Source: Alphaproteobacteria bacterium (lineage in GTDB: Bacteria; Pseudomonadota; Alphaproteobacteria; CALKHQ01). From it: a stretch of 64,000 bases of DNA. The position numbers and the translations under genes are program-made. The notes under the pieces are model-generated. The model worked only from the letters and a program-made list of their open reading frames with translations. It searched no databases and had not been told where the DNA came from. Location of the stretch: NCBI GenBank assembly GCA_965227515.1, contig CBDDFZ010000001.1, positions 3,840,001 through 3,904,000 on the forward strand, written 5' to 3'. Of the stretch, positions 1 through 12,878 are shown piece after piece. Numbering within the stretch: the first letter of the stretch is position 1; the number at the start of each line of letters is the position of its first letter.

Positions 1-1722
1 CAGCTGCAACCGGCGGTCGGCGAAGTTCAGCAGCGACGGGCGGTGGCTGGCGACGACCATCGTCACCGTGCCCCGCATCTCCAGCAGCAGGTTGCGCAGC
101 AACTCGTCGCTGTCCTTGTCGAAACCGCTGTTGGCCTCGTCGAACAGCACGATGCGCGGCTCGCCGACAAGCGCGCGGACCAGGGCGATCTTGGTTCGCA
201 CGCCGCCCGGCAGCGCGTAGGTCATGTTGTCGCCGATCCAGGTATCCAGGCCATCCGGCAGGCGCGCGATGGTCTGCTCCAGCCCCAACTTGCGCGACAG
301 TTCCAGCGCGGACTCCATCGCCTCCTGACCGCGGAACATGGTCAGATTGTCCAAGAGCGTCCCCCTGAACAACGACGAGTATTGCGGCAGGTACGCGATC
401 TGGTCGCGCAACAGCCGCGGGTGCAGTTGATCGGAGGGATAGATGTCGAACTTCAGCGTGCCGCTGCTTGGCTGGATCAGCCCGCTCATCACCCGCAACA
501 AGGTGGACTTGCCGCTGCCATTGTCGCCGGCGATGCTCACGGTCTCGCCCGGCGCGATGTCCATGCTGACGTCGCGCAGGATCGGTGCGTTCCGGTCACC
601 GCCATAGGCATAGGTGACATGCTCCAGCCGGATCGCGCCGGCAAGCTTGCCCGGATCGCGGAACTCGCCCGCCGTTTCGGAGGGCATGTCGGCGATGCCG
701 CTGATGCGGTTTTCCGCGACCTCGATGCTCTGGAACTGGGTCCAGATGCTGACCGCGCGCAGCAATGGCTGGATTGCGCGACCACCCAACAGGGTGCACG
801 CGGCCAGCGCGCCCATCGTCATCTGCTGGTCCAGCACCAGCACGGCGCCGAACGCGGCCAGCGCGATCATCGACACGTTCGCCGACATCGCGCTGATGGT
901 CTGCGACATGCCCGAGTGGTAGGCCACCCCGGAAGCCGCCTGGGCCGAGCTGGCCTGCAGGCGCTCGTAGCGGCGGACCATCAGCTTCTCGATGGCCAGG
1001 CCCTTGATGTTGTGGATGCCGTTCAGCACCTCGATGATGAAATTATAGCGCCGGTCGTCCAGCGTGGCGCGCTCGCGCAGCGCGCGGCTCAGGTTGCGAC
1101 CAACCGCCACGGTAAGTGCCGCGCTGATCACCATGACCACCACCGGTACGATGATCAGCGGTCCGCCGATGAACCCGATCAACATCAGGAAGATGACGAC
1201 GAACGGCAGGTCAACCAGATGCAGGATCGCCTGGCCGCCATAGAAGTCGCGCAACGTGTCGATGGCGCCGAACCGATCCAGGTGGACGCCGACCGCGTCG
1301 CGCTCGAAGGCCGTCAGCGGTGCGTCGAGCATGCGGTCGATCAGCCGCTTGTTCAGCGCATGCTCGAAGCGGGCTGCACTCCAGGCGGTTACTCTGGCGC
1401 GCACGATCCGCAACACAGTGTCCAGGACAACGGTCAAAGCCAGGCCGGCCATCAGAAGACTGAGCGTGTCGGTCGCCTGGTTGGGGATGATCCGGTCGTA
1501 GGCCTGCAACATGACGATCGGCAGCCCGAGGGCCAGGAGATTGCTGCCGAAACTTGCGGCCAGAATGTCGGGACGGGAGAAGGCGAGCCCGGGAAGACGG
1601 CGGAGGATATTGGACTTGCCGCTGGGCACAGCACGGCCCTTGGCGGCGGGGGTGGTCCCCGCGCCCGCATTGCGAGCCCCACCAATGGGCCCGATCTGGC
1701 TCGGTCGCGCAGCGATGCTCAA
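1..1722 (-). CDS. Type I secretion ABC transporter (HlyB-like permease/ATPase), runs off the left edge
   Basis: Minus frame mirrors the 43..1788 + ORF: NLLALGLPIVMLQAYDRIIPN transmembrane motif, Walker A AGDNGSGKST, Walker B IVLFDEA, H-loop ASHR; TTG start at 1722 preceded by AGAGGA. Confidence 0.85.
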   Translation of the reverse strand, partial: MSIAARPSQIGPIGGARNAGAGTTPAAKGRAVPSGKSNILRRLPGLAFSRPDILAASFGSNLLALGLPIVMLQAYDRIIPNQATDTLSLLMAGLALTVVLDTVLRIVRARVTAWSAARFEHALNKRLIDRMLDAPLTAFERDAVGVHLDRFGAIDTLRDFYGGQAILHLVDLPFVVIFLMLIGFIGGPLIIVPVVVMVISAALTVAVGRNLSRALRERATLDDRRYNFIIEVLNGIHNIKGLAIEKLMVRRYERLQASSAQAASGVAYHSGMSQTISAMSANVSMIALAAFGAVLVLDQQMTMGALAACTLLGGRAIQPLLRAVSIWTQFQSIEVAENRISGIADMPSETAGEFRDPGKLAGAIRLEHVTYAYGGDRNAPILRDVSMDIAPGETVSIAGDNGSGKSTLLRVMSGLIQPSSGTLKFDIYPSDQLHPRLLRDQIAYLPQYSSLFRGTLLDNLTMFRGQEAMESALELSRKLGLEQTIARLPDGLDTWIGDNMTYALPGGVRTKIALVRALVGEPRIVLFDEANSGFDKDSDELLRNLLLEMRGTVTMVVASHRPSLLNFADRRLQL

Positions 1723-1910
1723 CCGGCTATTCCTCTATGTTGCTCATGGCCTTCCCCCCTACGACCTAGGCAATGCTGCTTTATTTAGGGTTAATCCCGC
1801 TGCCGGCTCAGTAATCCAAAAAGACTGATGTTGCCGAATTGGCCGCAAAAACTAGGCTGTGGCGGGATAGTTTTAGGCACACGCGAAACTTGTCCTTGCG
1901 GGATCAAAGA

Positions 1911-1926
1911 TTAACGCGGGATTAAC
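1911..1926 (+). promoter_or_regulatory. CtrA-type binding site
   Basis: TTAA-CGCGGGA-TTAAC is an exact TTAA-N7-TTAAC match in an AT-rich divergent intergenic region. Confidence 0.6.
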
Positions 1927-2099
1927 GCAAAACTATTGAGAACGTTATTGCGAAACAGGCACTAGTTGCGGCGTGGGTGGTTGTGTCGGATTTGACGAAT
2001 CGTCGCGCGAAATCCTTGAGACCGATGGCCGAATAGTTGCGCCGCGTCATGGAACCGAGGATAACCGTTTGCCTCGGGTGGCAAGAGCGGCGGGGAACC

Positions 2100-3227
2100 A
2101 TGCCTGAAATCAACTACTTGACGCGCATTATCTTCGACTCAGGTGCGGTCGCGCAGACCGGCGACCTGCTGGCGGCGCGCGGACTGACGCGGCCGATGGT
2201 GGTGACCGATGCCGGCATCGTCGCCGCCGGTCTGGTGGCCAAGCTGATGGACGCGCTGCCGAACGAGGCCGTGGTGTTCGACGGCACGCCGCCCAACCCC
2301 ACCGAGAGCGCCGTTCACGACGCCCTCGCGCTGTTCCGGGAGAATGGCTGCGATGCGCTGGTCGCCATCGGCGGCGGCTCGTCCATCGACCTCGCCAAGG
2401 GCGTCGGCCTGCTGGCCACCCACCCGGCGCCGCTGGCGCAATATGCCGCCATCGACGGCGGCATCGCGCGGATCGCCAAGCCGACCACGTTCCTGATCGC
2501 GGTGCCGACCACCGCCGGCACCGGCAGCGAGGTCGGCCGCGCCGCCCTGATCACGCTGGACGACGGGCGAAAACTCGGCTTCATCAGCCCGCACATGATC
2601 CCGGATATCGCGCTCTGCGACCCGGACCTGACGCTGGGCCTGCCGCCGGGCCTGACCGCCGCCACCGGCATGGACGCGCTGACCCACTGCATCGAGACCT
2701 TCCTGTCGCCGCGCATCAACCCGCCGGCGGACGCCATCGCGCTCGACGGTGTGGCGCGCGCCAGCGCCTGGATCGGCCGCGCGGTGGCCGACGGGTCCGA
2801 CCCGAAGGCGCGCTGGGAGATGATGATGGCCTCGCTGCAGGGCGGGCTCTGCTTCCAGAAGGGCCTGGGTGCCGTGCATTCGATGTCGCACCCGCTGGGC
2901 GGGCTGAAGGACCCGGTGCTGCACCATGGCACCCTGAACGCTGTCATCCTGCCGCCGGTGCTGCGCTACAACGAGGATCATGTCGGCGACAAGTACGAGC
3001 GGCTCTGCGCCGCGATGGGGCTGGCCGCCAACGACGACCCCGCCGATGCCATCGCCCGGTTGAACCAGGAGCTAGGCCTGCCGGCCAATTTGCGGGCGAT
3101 GGGCGTGCCGGAGGCCGTGGTGCCCGCGATGGTCAAAGGCGCGGTGGCCGACCATTCCACCGCCACCAATCCGCGCCCGTTGCAGCAGCCGGACTTCGAG
3201 CACCTGTTCGAAGCGGCGATGGGGTAG
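2100..3227 (+). CDS. Iron-containing alcohol dehydrogenase (4-hydroxybutyrate dehydrogenase-like)
   Basis: GGGSSID, PTTAGTGSE, GMDALTHCIE, HSMSH and HHG metal motifs. Confidence 0.92.
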   Translation: MPEINYLTRIIFDSGAVAQTGDLLAARGLTRPMVVTDAGIVAAGLVAKLMDALPNEAVVFDGTPPNPTESAVHDALALFRENGCDALVAIGGGSSIDLAKGVGLLATHPAPLAQYAAIDGGIARIAKPTTFLIAVPTTAGTGSEVGRAALITLDDGRKLGFISPHMIPDIALCDPDLTLGLPPGLTAATGMDALTHCIETFLSPRINPPADAIALDGVARASAWIGRAVADGSDPKARWEMMMASLQGGLCFQKGLGAVHSMSHPLGGLKDPVLHHGTLNAVILPPVLRYNEDHVGDKYERLCAAMGLAANDDPADAIARLNQELGLPANLRAMGVPEAVVPAMVKGAVADHSTATNPRPLQQPDFEHLFEAAMG

Positions 3228-3352
3228 CGCAGGAATTCGTAGATGGGCTAACGGCCCTTGTTTGGTGGCGTGCATGAGTGGTCGTCCCTCAAGATGTCGG
3301 TGTCATACACGGAGTCGGGTTTGCCGCTCCAAGACATCGAGGAGAGACGACC

Positions 3353-4396
3353 ATGAACTACTATGCCGGGATTGACGTTTCTTTGGAATGGTCATCGGTG
3401 TGCGTTGTTGACGGCGCGGGCGGGATTGTCTGCGAGGCTCGTATTGCGAGCACGCCGGCGGGTTTGTTGTTGTGGTTTGGGTCTTTGGGGATTTCGGTTG
3501 AGCGGATTGGTCTTGAGGCGGGGCCGTTGTCGCAATGGCTTGTGCGGGAGTGCGCGCAGGGCGGTCTTTCGGTTGAGTTGCTGGAGACGCGTCATGTTGC
3601 GCGGGCCCTTTCGACGATGCCGGTGAAGTCGGACCGCTCGGACGCACGCGGGATTGCTCAGCTGATGCGTGTGGGCTGGTTTCGTCCGGTTCACTGCAAG
3701 TCTTTGGCGGCCCAGGAGATGCGGGCCCTTTTGAAGGGTCGCGACCAGCTCCGCGCGAAGCTGCACGATCTTGAGATGCACCTTCGTGGTCAGCTGCGGA
3801 ACTTCGGGCTGAAGGTAGGGCACACCACCAGGCGCAGCTTTTCGACACGTATTTCGGAGCTTGTGGCGGGGCATCCGGTACTGGAGGCGGTGGCGGGGGC
3901 GCTGCTGTCGGCACGCGATGGCCTGTTGCTATCGTTCACGGCGCTGGACCGGCAGGTCCGAGCGGCATCGCAGGCGGACGATCGCGCTCGCCTGCTGATG
4001 ACGGTGCCGGGCGTGGGGAGCATTGTCGGACTGACCTACTTGTCGGGAGTGGACGACCCCGGGCGGTTTGCCTCGTCGCGCCTGGTGGGGGCGCACTTCG
4101 GCCTGACGCCGACCAAGCGCCAGTCGGGCGAGAGCGAGATGACGGGGCGGATCTCGAAGGTGGGCGATGCGGACGTGCGTGCAGCGCTTTACGAGGCGGC
4201 GCACGTAATCCTGACCCGGCCGATCAAGGGCGGGTGGTTGAAGAGCTGGGCGATGAAGCTGGCCAGGCGAGCCGGCATGAGGAAGGCGAAGGTCGCGCTG
4301 GCGCGCCGGCTGGCCGTGATCATGCACCGGATGTGGGTTGACGGCACCGCGTTCAACCATGCCGGACCGGTGCGCCCGGCGATGGCAGCGGCCTAA
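3353..4396 (+). CDS. IS110-family transposase/recombinase
   Basis: GIDVS, GLEAG, KSDRSDA (RuvC-like DEDD), VPGVG, GLTP..QSG catalytic Ser, ISKVGD. Confidence 0.95.
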   Translation: MNYYAGIDVSLEWSSVCVVDGAGGIVCEARIASTPAGLLLWFGSLGISVERIGLEAGPLSQWLVRECAQGGLSVELLETRHVARALSTMPVKSDRSDARGIAQLMRVGWFRPVHCKSLAAQEMRALLKGRDQLRAKLHDLEMHLRGQLRNFGLKVGHTTRRSFSTRISELVAGHPVLEAVAGALLSARDGLLLSFTALDRQVRAASQADDRARLLMTVPGVGSIVGLTYLSGVDDPGRFASSRLVGAHFGLTPTKRQSGESEMTGRISKVGDADVRAALYEAAHVILTRPIKGGWLKSWAMKLARRAGMRKAKVALARRLAVIMHRMWVDGTAFNHAGPVRPAMAAA

Positions 4397-4399
4397 TGG

Positions 4400-4645
4400 C
4401 AAAGACGACCGCCGCATAGGGAGAACCAGCACACGAGCTTCGGCGGGCGCAGACACCGGCCCGTCAAGCGCCGTCCCGCGCCGGGACGATGGATCAGGTC
4501 AGGCCGCCATCCAGGATGTCGCCTCGCACGAGAGCACGCTTCCGTAGATTGGACCGACCGATCCTCGCATATCCATCTTGGTGGCGGCCGTGCGCCGACC
4601 CCGTACAGAAGCATGACCCAGGCGCCGGGACGACGAAAAAGGGAT
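4400..4645 (+). ncRNA. Putative bridge/seek RNA of the IS1111-type element
   Basis: Structured 3' non-coding region with stem-enclosed loops that carry matches to both target arms and both donor ends (see findings); boundaries approximate. Confidence 0.7.
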
Positions 4646-4671
4646 TGACCAACAATGGCCCGTTACAGAAG

Positions 4672-4754
4672 CCTGGGTGGAGCGCAGCGGAACCCGGGTT
4701 TCGGCAATCCGCAAACAAGGTCCCCGGGTTTCGTTTCACGTCACCCGGGCTACG
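4672..4754. repeat. GTAG-type REP doublet; first unit split by the IS110 insertion
   Basis: Reconstructed CGTAG-CCTGGGTGGAGCGCAGCGGAACCCGGG pairs with the inverted copy CGTAGCCCGGGTGACGTGAAACGAAACCCGGG (about 4723-4754, minus strand). Confidence 0.75.
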
Positions 4755-4763
4755 GTGCGAAGC

Positions 4764-5162
4764 CTACCCCGGCACCACCGCGGTGCACTCGATCTCGACC
4801 TTGGCGCGGTCTTCCAGCAGGCTCCTGACCTCGACCAGGGTCATGGCCGGGTAGTGCGCGCCGAAGCGCAGCCGGTAGACGGCGCCGATCTCCGCCGTGC
4901 GGGCGGCATAATCGGCCTTGTCGACGACGTACCACGTCATCCGCGCCACATGCTCCGGGCCCGCCCCGTCGCAGGCCAGCACGGCAAGCACGTTGTCCAG
5001 CGCCTGGCCGACCTGGTCGACCAGATCATCCGACGCGAAGGTCCCGTCCGCCTGCCAACCGATCTGGCCGGCGACGAACACCATGCGGCCCTGCGCCGAG
5101 ATGCCGTTGGCGTAGCCGCGTGGCGTCGGCCAACCATCCGGCTGCAGTGTCTTTTGTGTCAT
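4764..5162 (-). CDS. RidA/YjgF-family protein
   Basis: GYANG, FVAGQIG, YPAMTLVEV, KVEIE motifs. Confidence 0.92.
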   Translation of the reverse strand: MTQKTLQPDGWPTPRGYANGISAQGRMVFVAGQIGWQADGTFASDDLVDQVGQALDNVLAVLACDGAGPEHVARMTWYVVDKADYAARTAEIGAVYRLRFGAHYPAMTLVEVRSLLEDRAKVEIECTAVVPG

Positions 5163-5177
5163 CGCTCCGTTGCCCCC

Positions 5178-5609
5178 CTATCCAGTAGGCTCCGTGTCCA
5201 TGTAGCCAAGCAGCTTATCGCGCATGTCCGGTTCCAGCGGCACCGGCCTGTGATCCTCCAACGAGGTGGAAACGATGGCAAGCCGGCCGGTCAGGCAATG
5301 GGTGCCATCGACCTCCCCGACGATCTCCACCTTGAAGCTGGTCCGGCCGACTTCGGTGACCCGCAGCGACAGCGTCAGCACGTCGCCCATGGTCGCCGGG
5401 CGCACGAAGTCGCACGACGCGTGCGCGCGCGGCATGCCCCGGCGCCGGTTCTCGATCATGTCGCGATAGTCGATGCCGAGGCCGTCGGCGAACCACGCTT
5501 CCGTCGCGTCGTTAAACATGGAGAAGTAATGCGGGAAGTAGACTATGCCCGCCGGGTCGCAATGCGAGAAGCGGATCGGCACGGTGAAGACGTAAGGCAC
5601 GGTCGGCAT
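5178..5609 (-). CDS. Acyl-CoA thioesterase (4-hydroxybenzoyl-CoA thioesterase family)
   Basis: IRFSHCDPAGIVYFPHY hot-dog fold motif; ATG at 5609. Confidence 0.9.
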   Translation of the reverse strand: MPTVPYVFTVPIRFSHCDPAGIVYFPHYFSMFNDATEAWFADGLGIDYRDMIENRRRGMPRAHASCDFVRPATMGDVLTLSLRVTEVGRTSFKVEIVGEVDGTHCLTGRLAIVSTSLEDHRPVPLEPDMRDKLLGYMDTEPTG

Positions 5610-5689
5610 TGGCGATGAGTACGCCACCCCGCCGCCGCCGGCAACCTGATGGTGGCTGGCGATTGCCATATGTGCAGAGGACGGCAGAG

Positions 5690-5896
5690 ATGAGCGAGCA
5701 ACCCGCGGTCGAGCTTCGCGAAGTGCTCTACGAGTTCCACCAGGTCGGCAACAGCGTGCGCGTCGCCGCCATCGACCCGTACACGCGGACCGAGGTGACC
5801 ATCGTCGGCCCGGCGAACGCTGGCGCTGAAACGCTGCAGAGCACGGCACGGCGCAAACTCGCCTACGTCATCGGCAAGGCACGCGCGCAGGGTTGA
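5690..5896 (+). CDS. Small conserved protein (DUF6898-like)
   Basis: EVLYEFHQVGNSVRVAAIDP..TEV pattern typical of small Rhodospirillales proteins. Confidence 0.7.
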   Translation: MSEQPAVELREVLYEFHQVGNSVRVAAIDPYTRTEVTIVGPANAGAETLQSTARRKLAYVIGKARAQG

Positions 5897-5934
5897 GCAA
5901 CCCACCCTCAGCGTCCGCTCATTGCATTTAATCG

Positions 5935-6047
5935 TTTGATCTGCACCGGCCCGCCCCCCACCCGGCCACCCAGACAGGATACTATCGTTGGGCGGCCGGG
6001 TGGGGGTGTGGGCTGGTGCCGGTTCAGCGTCAGCGGGAAACAATCTA
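5935..6047 (+). repeat. Divergent copy of the TA-flanked palindromic MITE-like repeat
   Basis: Same core GCACCGGCCC..CCCCCACCCGGCC..GGCCGGGTGGGGG..GGGCTGG as 10839-10966; right end TTCAGCGT..ATCTA has the same length; left end unclear. Confidence 0.75.
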
Positions 6048-6173
6048 ACGCGCATTTGATCGCCTGCCCCCGCATATTGCGGGCTTGTTACAGGCCATGG
6101 GCTCGGCTAAACGTGGACTGGAGACGCACGCACCTCTGGCGTGCGCCCCGCCCGCCGCCAAGCTCGGATTTCA

Positions 6174-7181
6174 ATGGAAAATTTCATCCAGCAGCTGATC
6201 AACGGGACCACCCTCGGTGCGTTCTTCGGCTTGGTCGCGATCGGCTACACGATGGTCTACGGCATCATCGGGATGATCAACTTCGCCCATGGCGACATCT
6301 ATATGTCGGGCTCGTTCATAGCGCTGATCGCCATAGCGCTGGTCGGCACCATCGGCCTGCTCGACGGCTTCGACGTGGTGGAGGTCGCCGAGACCGCTGA
6401 AGCGGGAGGGGCAGCCGCCATGGGCTTCGGCGACATTGTCGTCGGCGTCGGCGGCATGATGCTGGCATTAGGCATCGTCGCGGTCATATCAATGTTCTTT
6501 ACCGCCGTTTACGGCTGGTCGGTGGAGCGGATCGCCTACAAGCCGCTGCGCGGCTCGTTCCGGCTGGCACCGCTGATCTCGGCCATCGGCATGTCCATCG
6601 CGCTGCAGAACTACGTGCAACTCGTGCAGGGCGCACGCCCGCGCGCGGTCCAACCGGTGATCGAGGGCAATCTGGTGCTGATGACCCGCGACGACGGGTT
6701 CACGGTCGTGCTGAGCTACCTGCAGATCTTCATCGTCGTGCTGACGGTGCTGCTGATGACGATCTTCACCCTGATCATCACGCGCACCGCGCTGGGCCGC
6801 GCGCAGCGTGCGTGCGAGCAGGACAAGACGATGGCCGCCCTTCTGGGCGTCAACGTCGACCGCACCATCTCCATCACGTTCATCATGGGTGCCGCGCTCG
6901 CCGCGGTCGCCGGCATGATGGCGGTGCTCTACTACGGCGCCATCGACTTCTACGACGGCTTCCTGATCGGCCTGAAGGCGTTCACCGCCGCCGTACTGGG
7001 CGGCATCGGCTCGCTGCCGGGCGCGATGCTGGGCGGGCTGTTGATCGGCCTGACAGAGGCATTCTGGTCGGCCTATGTTTCGGTGGAATACAAGGACCTC
7101 GCGGTCTTCTCAATCTTGGTGGGCGTGCTGATCTTCCGTCCCAGCGGCCTGCTAGGCCGGCCCGAGATCGAGAAGGTCTAG
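6174..7181 (+). CDS. livH: Branched-chain amino acid ABC permease
   Basis: QQLING, GYTMVYGIIGMINFAHG, KAFTAAVLGGIG. Confidence 0.95.
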   Translation: MENFIQQLINGTTLGAFFGLVAIGYTMVYGIIGMINFAHGDIYMSGSFIALIAIALVGTIGLLDGFDVVEVAETAEAGGAAAMGFGDIVVGVGGMMLALGIVAVISMFFTAVYGWSVERIAYKPLRGSFRLAPLISAIGMSIALQNYVQLVQGARPRAVQPVIEGNLVLMTRDDGFTVVLSYLQIFIVVLTVLLMTIFTLIITRTALGRAQRACEQDKTMAALLGVNVDRTISITFIMGAALAAVAGMMAVLYYGAIDFYDGFLIGLKAFTAAVLGGIGSLPGAMLGGLLIGLTEAFWSAYVSVEYKDLAVFSILVGVLIFRPSGLLGRPEIEKV

Positions 7182-7184
7182 CCG

Positions 7185-9712
<2,528 letters not shown>

Positions 9713-9714
9713 CC

Positions 9715-10434
9715 ATGGCCGAGATGCTGCAAGTCACGGGTCTCCACACCTTCTATGGACGCATCGAGGCGCTGCGCGGTGTCGACCTGACCGTGGGCGC
9801 CGGCGAGATCGTCACCCTGATCGGCGCCAATGGCGCCGGCAAGACCACCCTGCTGATGACGCTGTGCGGCAGTCCCCGCGCGGCGACCGGCGCCATCGCG
9901 TTCGAGGGCACCGACATCACCACCATGCCGACCCACGAGATCGTCAGGCTGGGCATCGCGCAGTCGCCGGAAGGCCGGCGCATCTTTCCGCGCATGACGG
10001 TCTACGAGAACCTGCTGATGGGCGCGACGCTGGGGGACGCGGAGAATTTCGACGCCGATATCGGACGCGTCTACGACCTGTTTCCGATCCTGAAGAACCG
10101 GCAGAACCAGCGTGGCGGCACGCTTTCCGGCGGCGAGCAACAGATGCTGGCCATCGGGCGCGCGCTGATGAGCCGGCCGCGCCTGCTGCTGCTCGACGAG
10201 CCGTCGTTGGGCCTGGCCCCGATGGTCGTGAAGCAGATTTTTCAAGTCATCCAGGAGATCAACCAGCAACAGAACGTCACCATCCTGCTTGTGGAGCAGA
10301 ATGCGTTTCACGCTCTCAGGCTGGCGCATCGCGGCTACGTCATGGTCAATGGCCGCATCACCATGAGCGGCTCCGGCGCCGATCTGTTGGCCGATCCGGA
10401 AGTGCGCGCCGCCTATCTGGAAGGGGGGCACTGA
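9715..10434 (+). CDS. livF: Branched-chain amino acid ABC ATPase
   Basis: GANGAGKTT, PEGRRIF, LSGGEQQMLAIGRAL, LLDEPSLGLAP. Confidence 0.96.
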   Translation: MAEMLQVTGLHTFYGRIEALRGVDLTVGAGEIVTLIGANGAGKTTLLMTLCGSPRAATGAIAFEGTDITTMPTHEIVRLGIAQSPEGRRIFPRMTVYENLLMGATLGDAENFDADIGRVYDLFPILKNRQNQRGGTLSGGEQQMLAIGRALMSRPRLLLLDEPSLGLAPMVVKQIFQVIQEINQQQNVTILLVEQNAFHALRLAHRGYVMVNGRITMSGSGADLLADPEVRAAYLEGGH

Positions 10435-10439
10435 CACCG

Positions 10440-10841
10440 ATGTTCGATGCCCCGTTCTATTTCGACCTTGGCGCGCTGATCGCGTTCACCATCGGCCTGT
10501 TTGGCTTCCTGTCGTTCATGACCGGGATGTCGGTGGCGCGCAGTTGGCAGTCGATCCGCGCAATCCTGGCCTATAGCCTGTTGTTGGCAGTTGGCGAGCG
10601 CTTCATGGTGCAGGCGATCGTCTTCGACCGTTTCTACATGATCATCGACATCTTCTGGTCGGCCGAGGACGGTTTGAGCCTGGCCTTCGACCTGCACTAT
10701 TTCGTCTCGCTGGCGATTTGCGCCACCATCGGTTCGGTCGCCTATTACGCGACCCGCGCCTCGTTGATGGTGCGCCAATACCCGTGGCTTTACGAGCGCG
10801 CGGGGGTGTTCGGCTGGCGCCTGCGCAAGGGCCACGGCTAG
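10440..10841 (+). CDS. Small membrane protein of alphaproteobacterial liv operons (DUF6867-like)
   Basis: Hydrophobic; C-terminal MVRQYPWLYERAGVFGW; lies between livF and livK. Confidence 0.8.
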   Translation: MFDAPFYFDLGALIAFTIGLFGFLSFMTGMSVARSWQSIRAILAYSLLLAVGERFMVQAIVFDRFYMIIDIFWSAEDGLSLAFDLHYFVSLAICATIGSVAYYATRASLMVRQYPWLYERAGVFGWRLRKGHG

Positions 10842-10966
10842 AGCATGATCACTTAAGTCGGCACCGGCCCTCTCCCCCACCCGGCCGCCCAGACATCATA
10901 CTGGAGTTGGGCGGCCGGGTGGGGGAGAGGGCTGGGGCAGATTCAGCGTAAGCTGATCCCGATCTA
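10839..10966 (+). repeat. TA-flanked palindromic MITE-like repeat
   Basis: Ends TAGAGCATGATCACTTAAGTCGGC and GCAGATTCAGCGTAAGCTGATCCCGATCTA are shared with the 28605 and 30857 copies; long internal hairpin. Confidence 0.9.
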
Positions 10967-11123
10967 GCCCCGGAAAACCGGCCAGCCTTGCGGCGTCGCG
11001 GGCGTTCGTATAAGAGCACAACAGGGGCATACGGGGTATGACCGCATGCCGCGCGGGCGGGCCGGCGTGTGTTCTTGCTGGCTTGCCAGCCACGATTTCC
11101 AACGAAACAGGGAGCGAGATTTG

Positions 11124-12221
<1,098 letters not shown>

Positions 12222-12254
12222 TTCCCAGCAACCTGATCCAGGTTCGCAAGAAAG

Positions 12255-12286
12255 AAGCCCCGGGCAAAACTGCCCGGGGCTTTTTC
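12255..12286 (+). terminator. Rho-independent terminator
   Basis: AAGCCCCGGGCA-AAAC-TGCCCGGGGCTT followed by a T run after livK. Confidence 0.9.
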
Positions 12287-12407
12287 GTTCGGTAAGCTCT
12301 CTAGGATCGTTGGTACGTCCGTACCAGGGCCGGCATCCCGCCCGGCCGATCGACATGGTGACGCCCCCTACAGGCTGCACTCCCAGTACGCGAGCGAACC
12401 TTGGGCG

Positions 12408-12878
12408 TCAGGCCGCCGCTGCGGCCTTCTTCCGGCCACGGCCCTTGGCAGCCGGCTTGCGGCCCAGGCCAATCTTCTTGGCGAAGTCGGAACGTTGCGC
12501 AGCGTAATTGGGCGCGACCATCGGATAGTCGGCCGGCAGGCCCCACTTCGCGCGATACTCGTCCGGAGTCATGCCATAAGTGGTGCGAAGATGGCGCTTC
12601 AGCATCTTCAACTTCTTGCCGTCTTCCAGGCAAATAATAAAGTCGGGCGTCACCGACTTGCGCACGGAGACCGCGGGCTTCGGGGGCTCCGCAGGTTCGG
12701 CAGACTTCTCGTCACCCAGTTCGCTAAGTGCGCCGTAGACCGACCGTATCACTTCGGCGATCTGAGATGCAGGCAGAACGTTGTTGCGCAAATACGACGA
12801 CACGACGTCGGTGGCCATTCGCAAATTCTCGTTGTGCGAAGGGGCCGGACTTGGTTGCTCACTCAATCTCGTCTCCAT
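12408..12878 (-). CDS. mucR: MucR/Ros transcriptional regulator
   Basis: PAVSVRKSVTPDFIICLEDGKKLKMLKRHL, YRAKWGLPADYPMVAPNY; start could be 12818. Confidence 0.95.
   Translation of the reverse strand: METRLSEQPSPAPSHNENLRMATDVVSSYLRNNVLPASQIAEVIRSVYGALSELGDEKSAEPAEPPKPAVSVRKSVTPDFIICLEDGKKLKMLKRHLRTTYGMTPDEYRAKWGLPADYPMVAPNYAAQRSDFAKKIGLGRKPAAKGRGRKKAAAAA

Larger units (their letters stand above)
3243..4669 (+). mobile_element. IS110-family element (IS1111 type)
   Basis: DEDD transposase; imperfect sub-terminal IRs TAACGGCCCTTGTTTGG (3249-3265) and CCAACAATGGCCCGTTA (4649-4665); AG core at 3241-42 and 4670-71; long 3' non-coding region. Confidence 0.88.

Noticed and set aside
43-1788. 581-aa plus-strand ORF
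   Set aside because: Antisense shadow of the T1SS ABC gene, whose motifs are on the minus strand in the same codon register.
4617-4623. CCCAGGC as an alternative right-target guide in the IS110 RNA
   Set aside because: It matches the target but lies outside the stem-enclosed loop; the 4508-4515 segment fits the loop architecture better. Not fully excluded.
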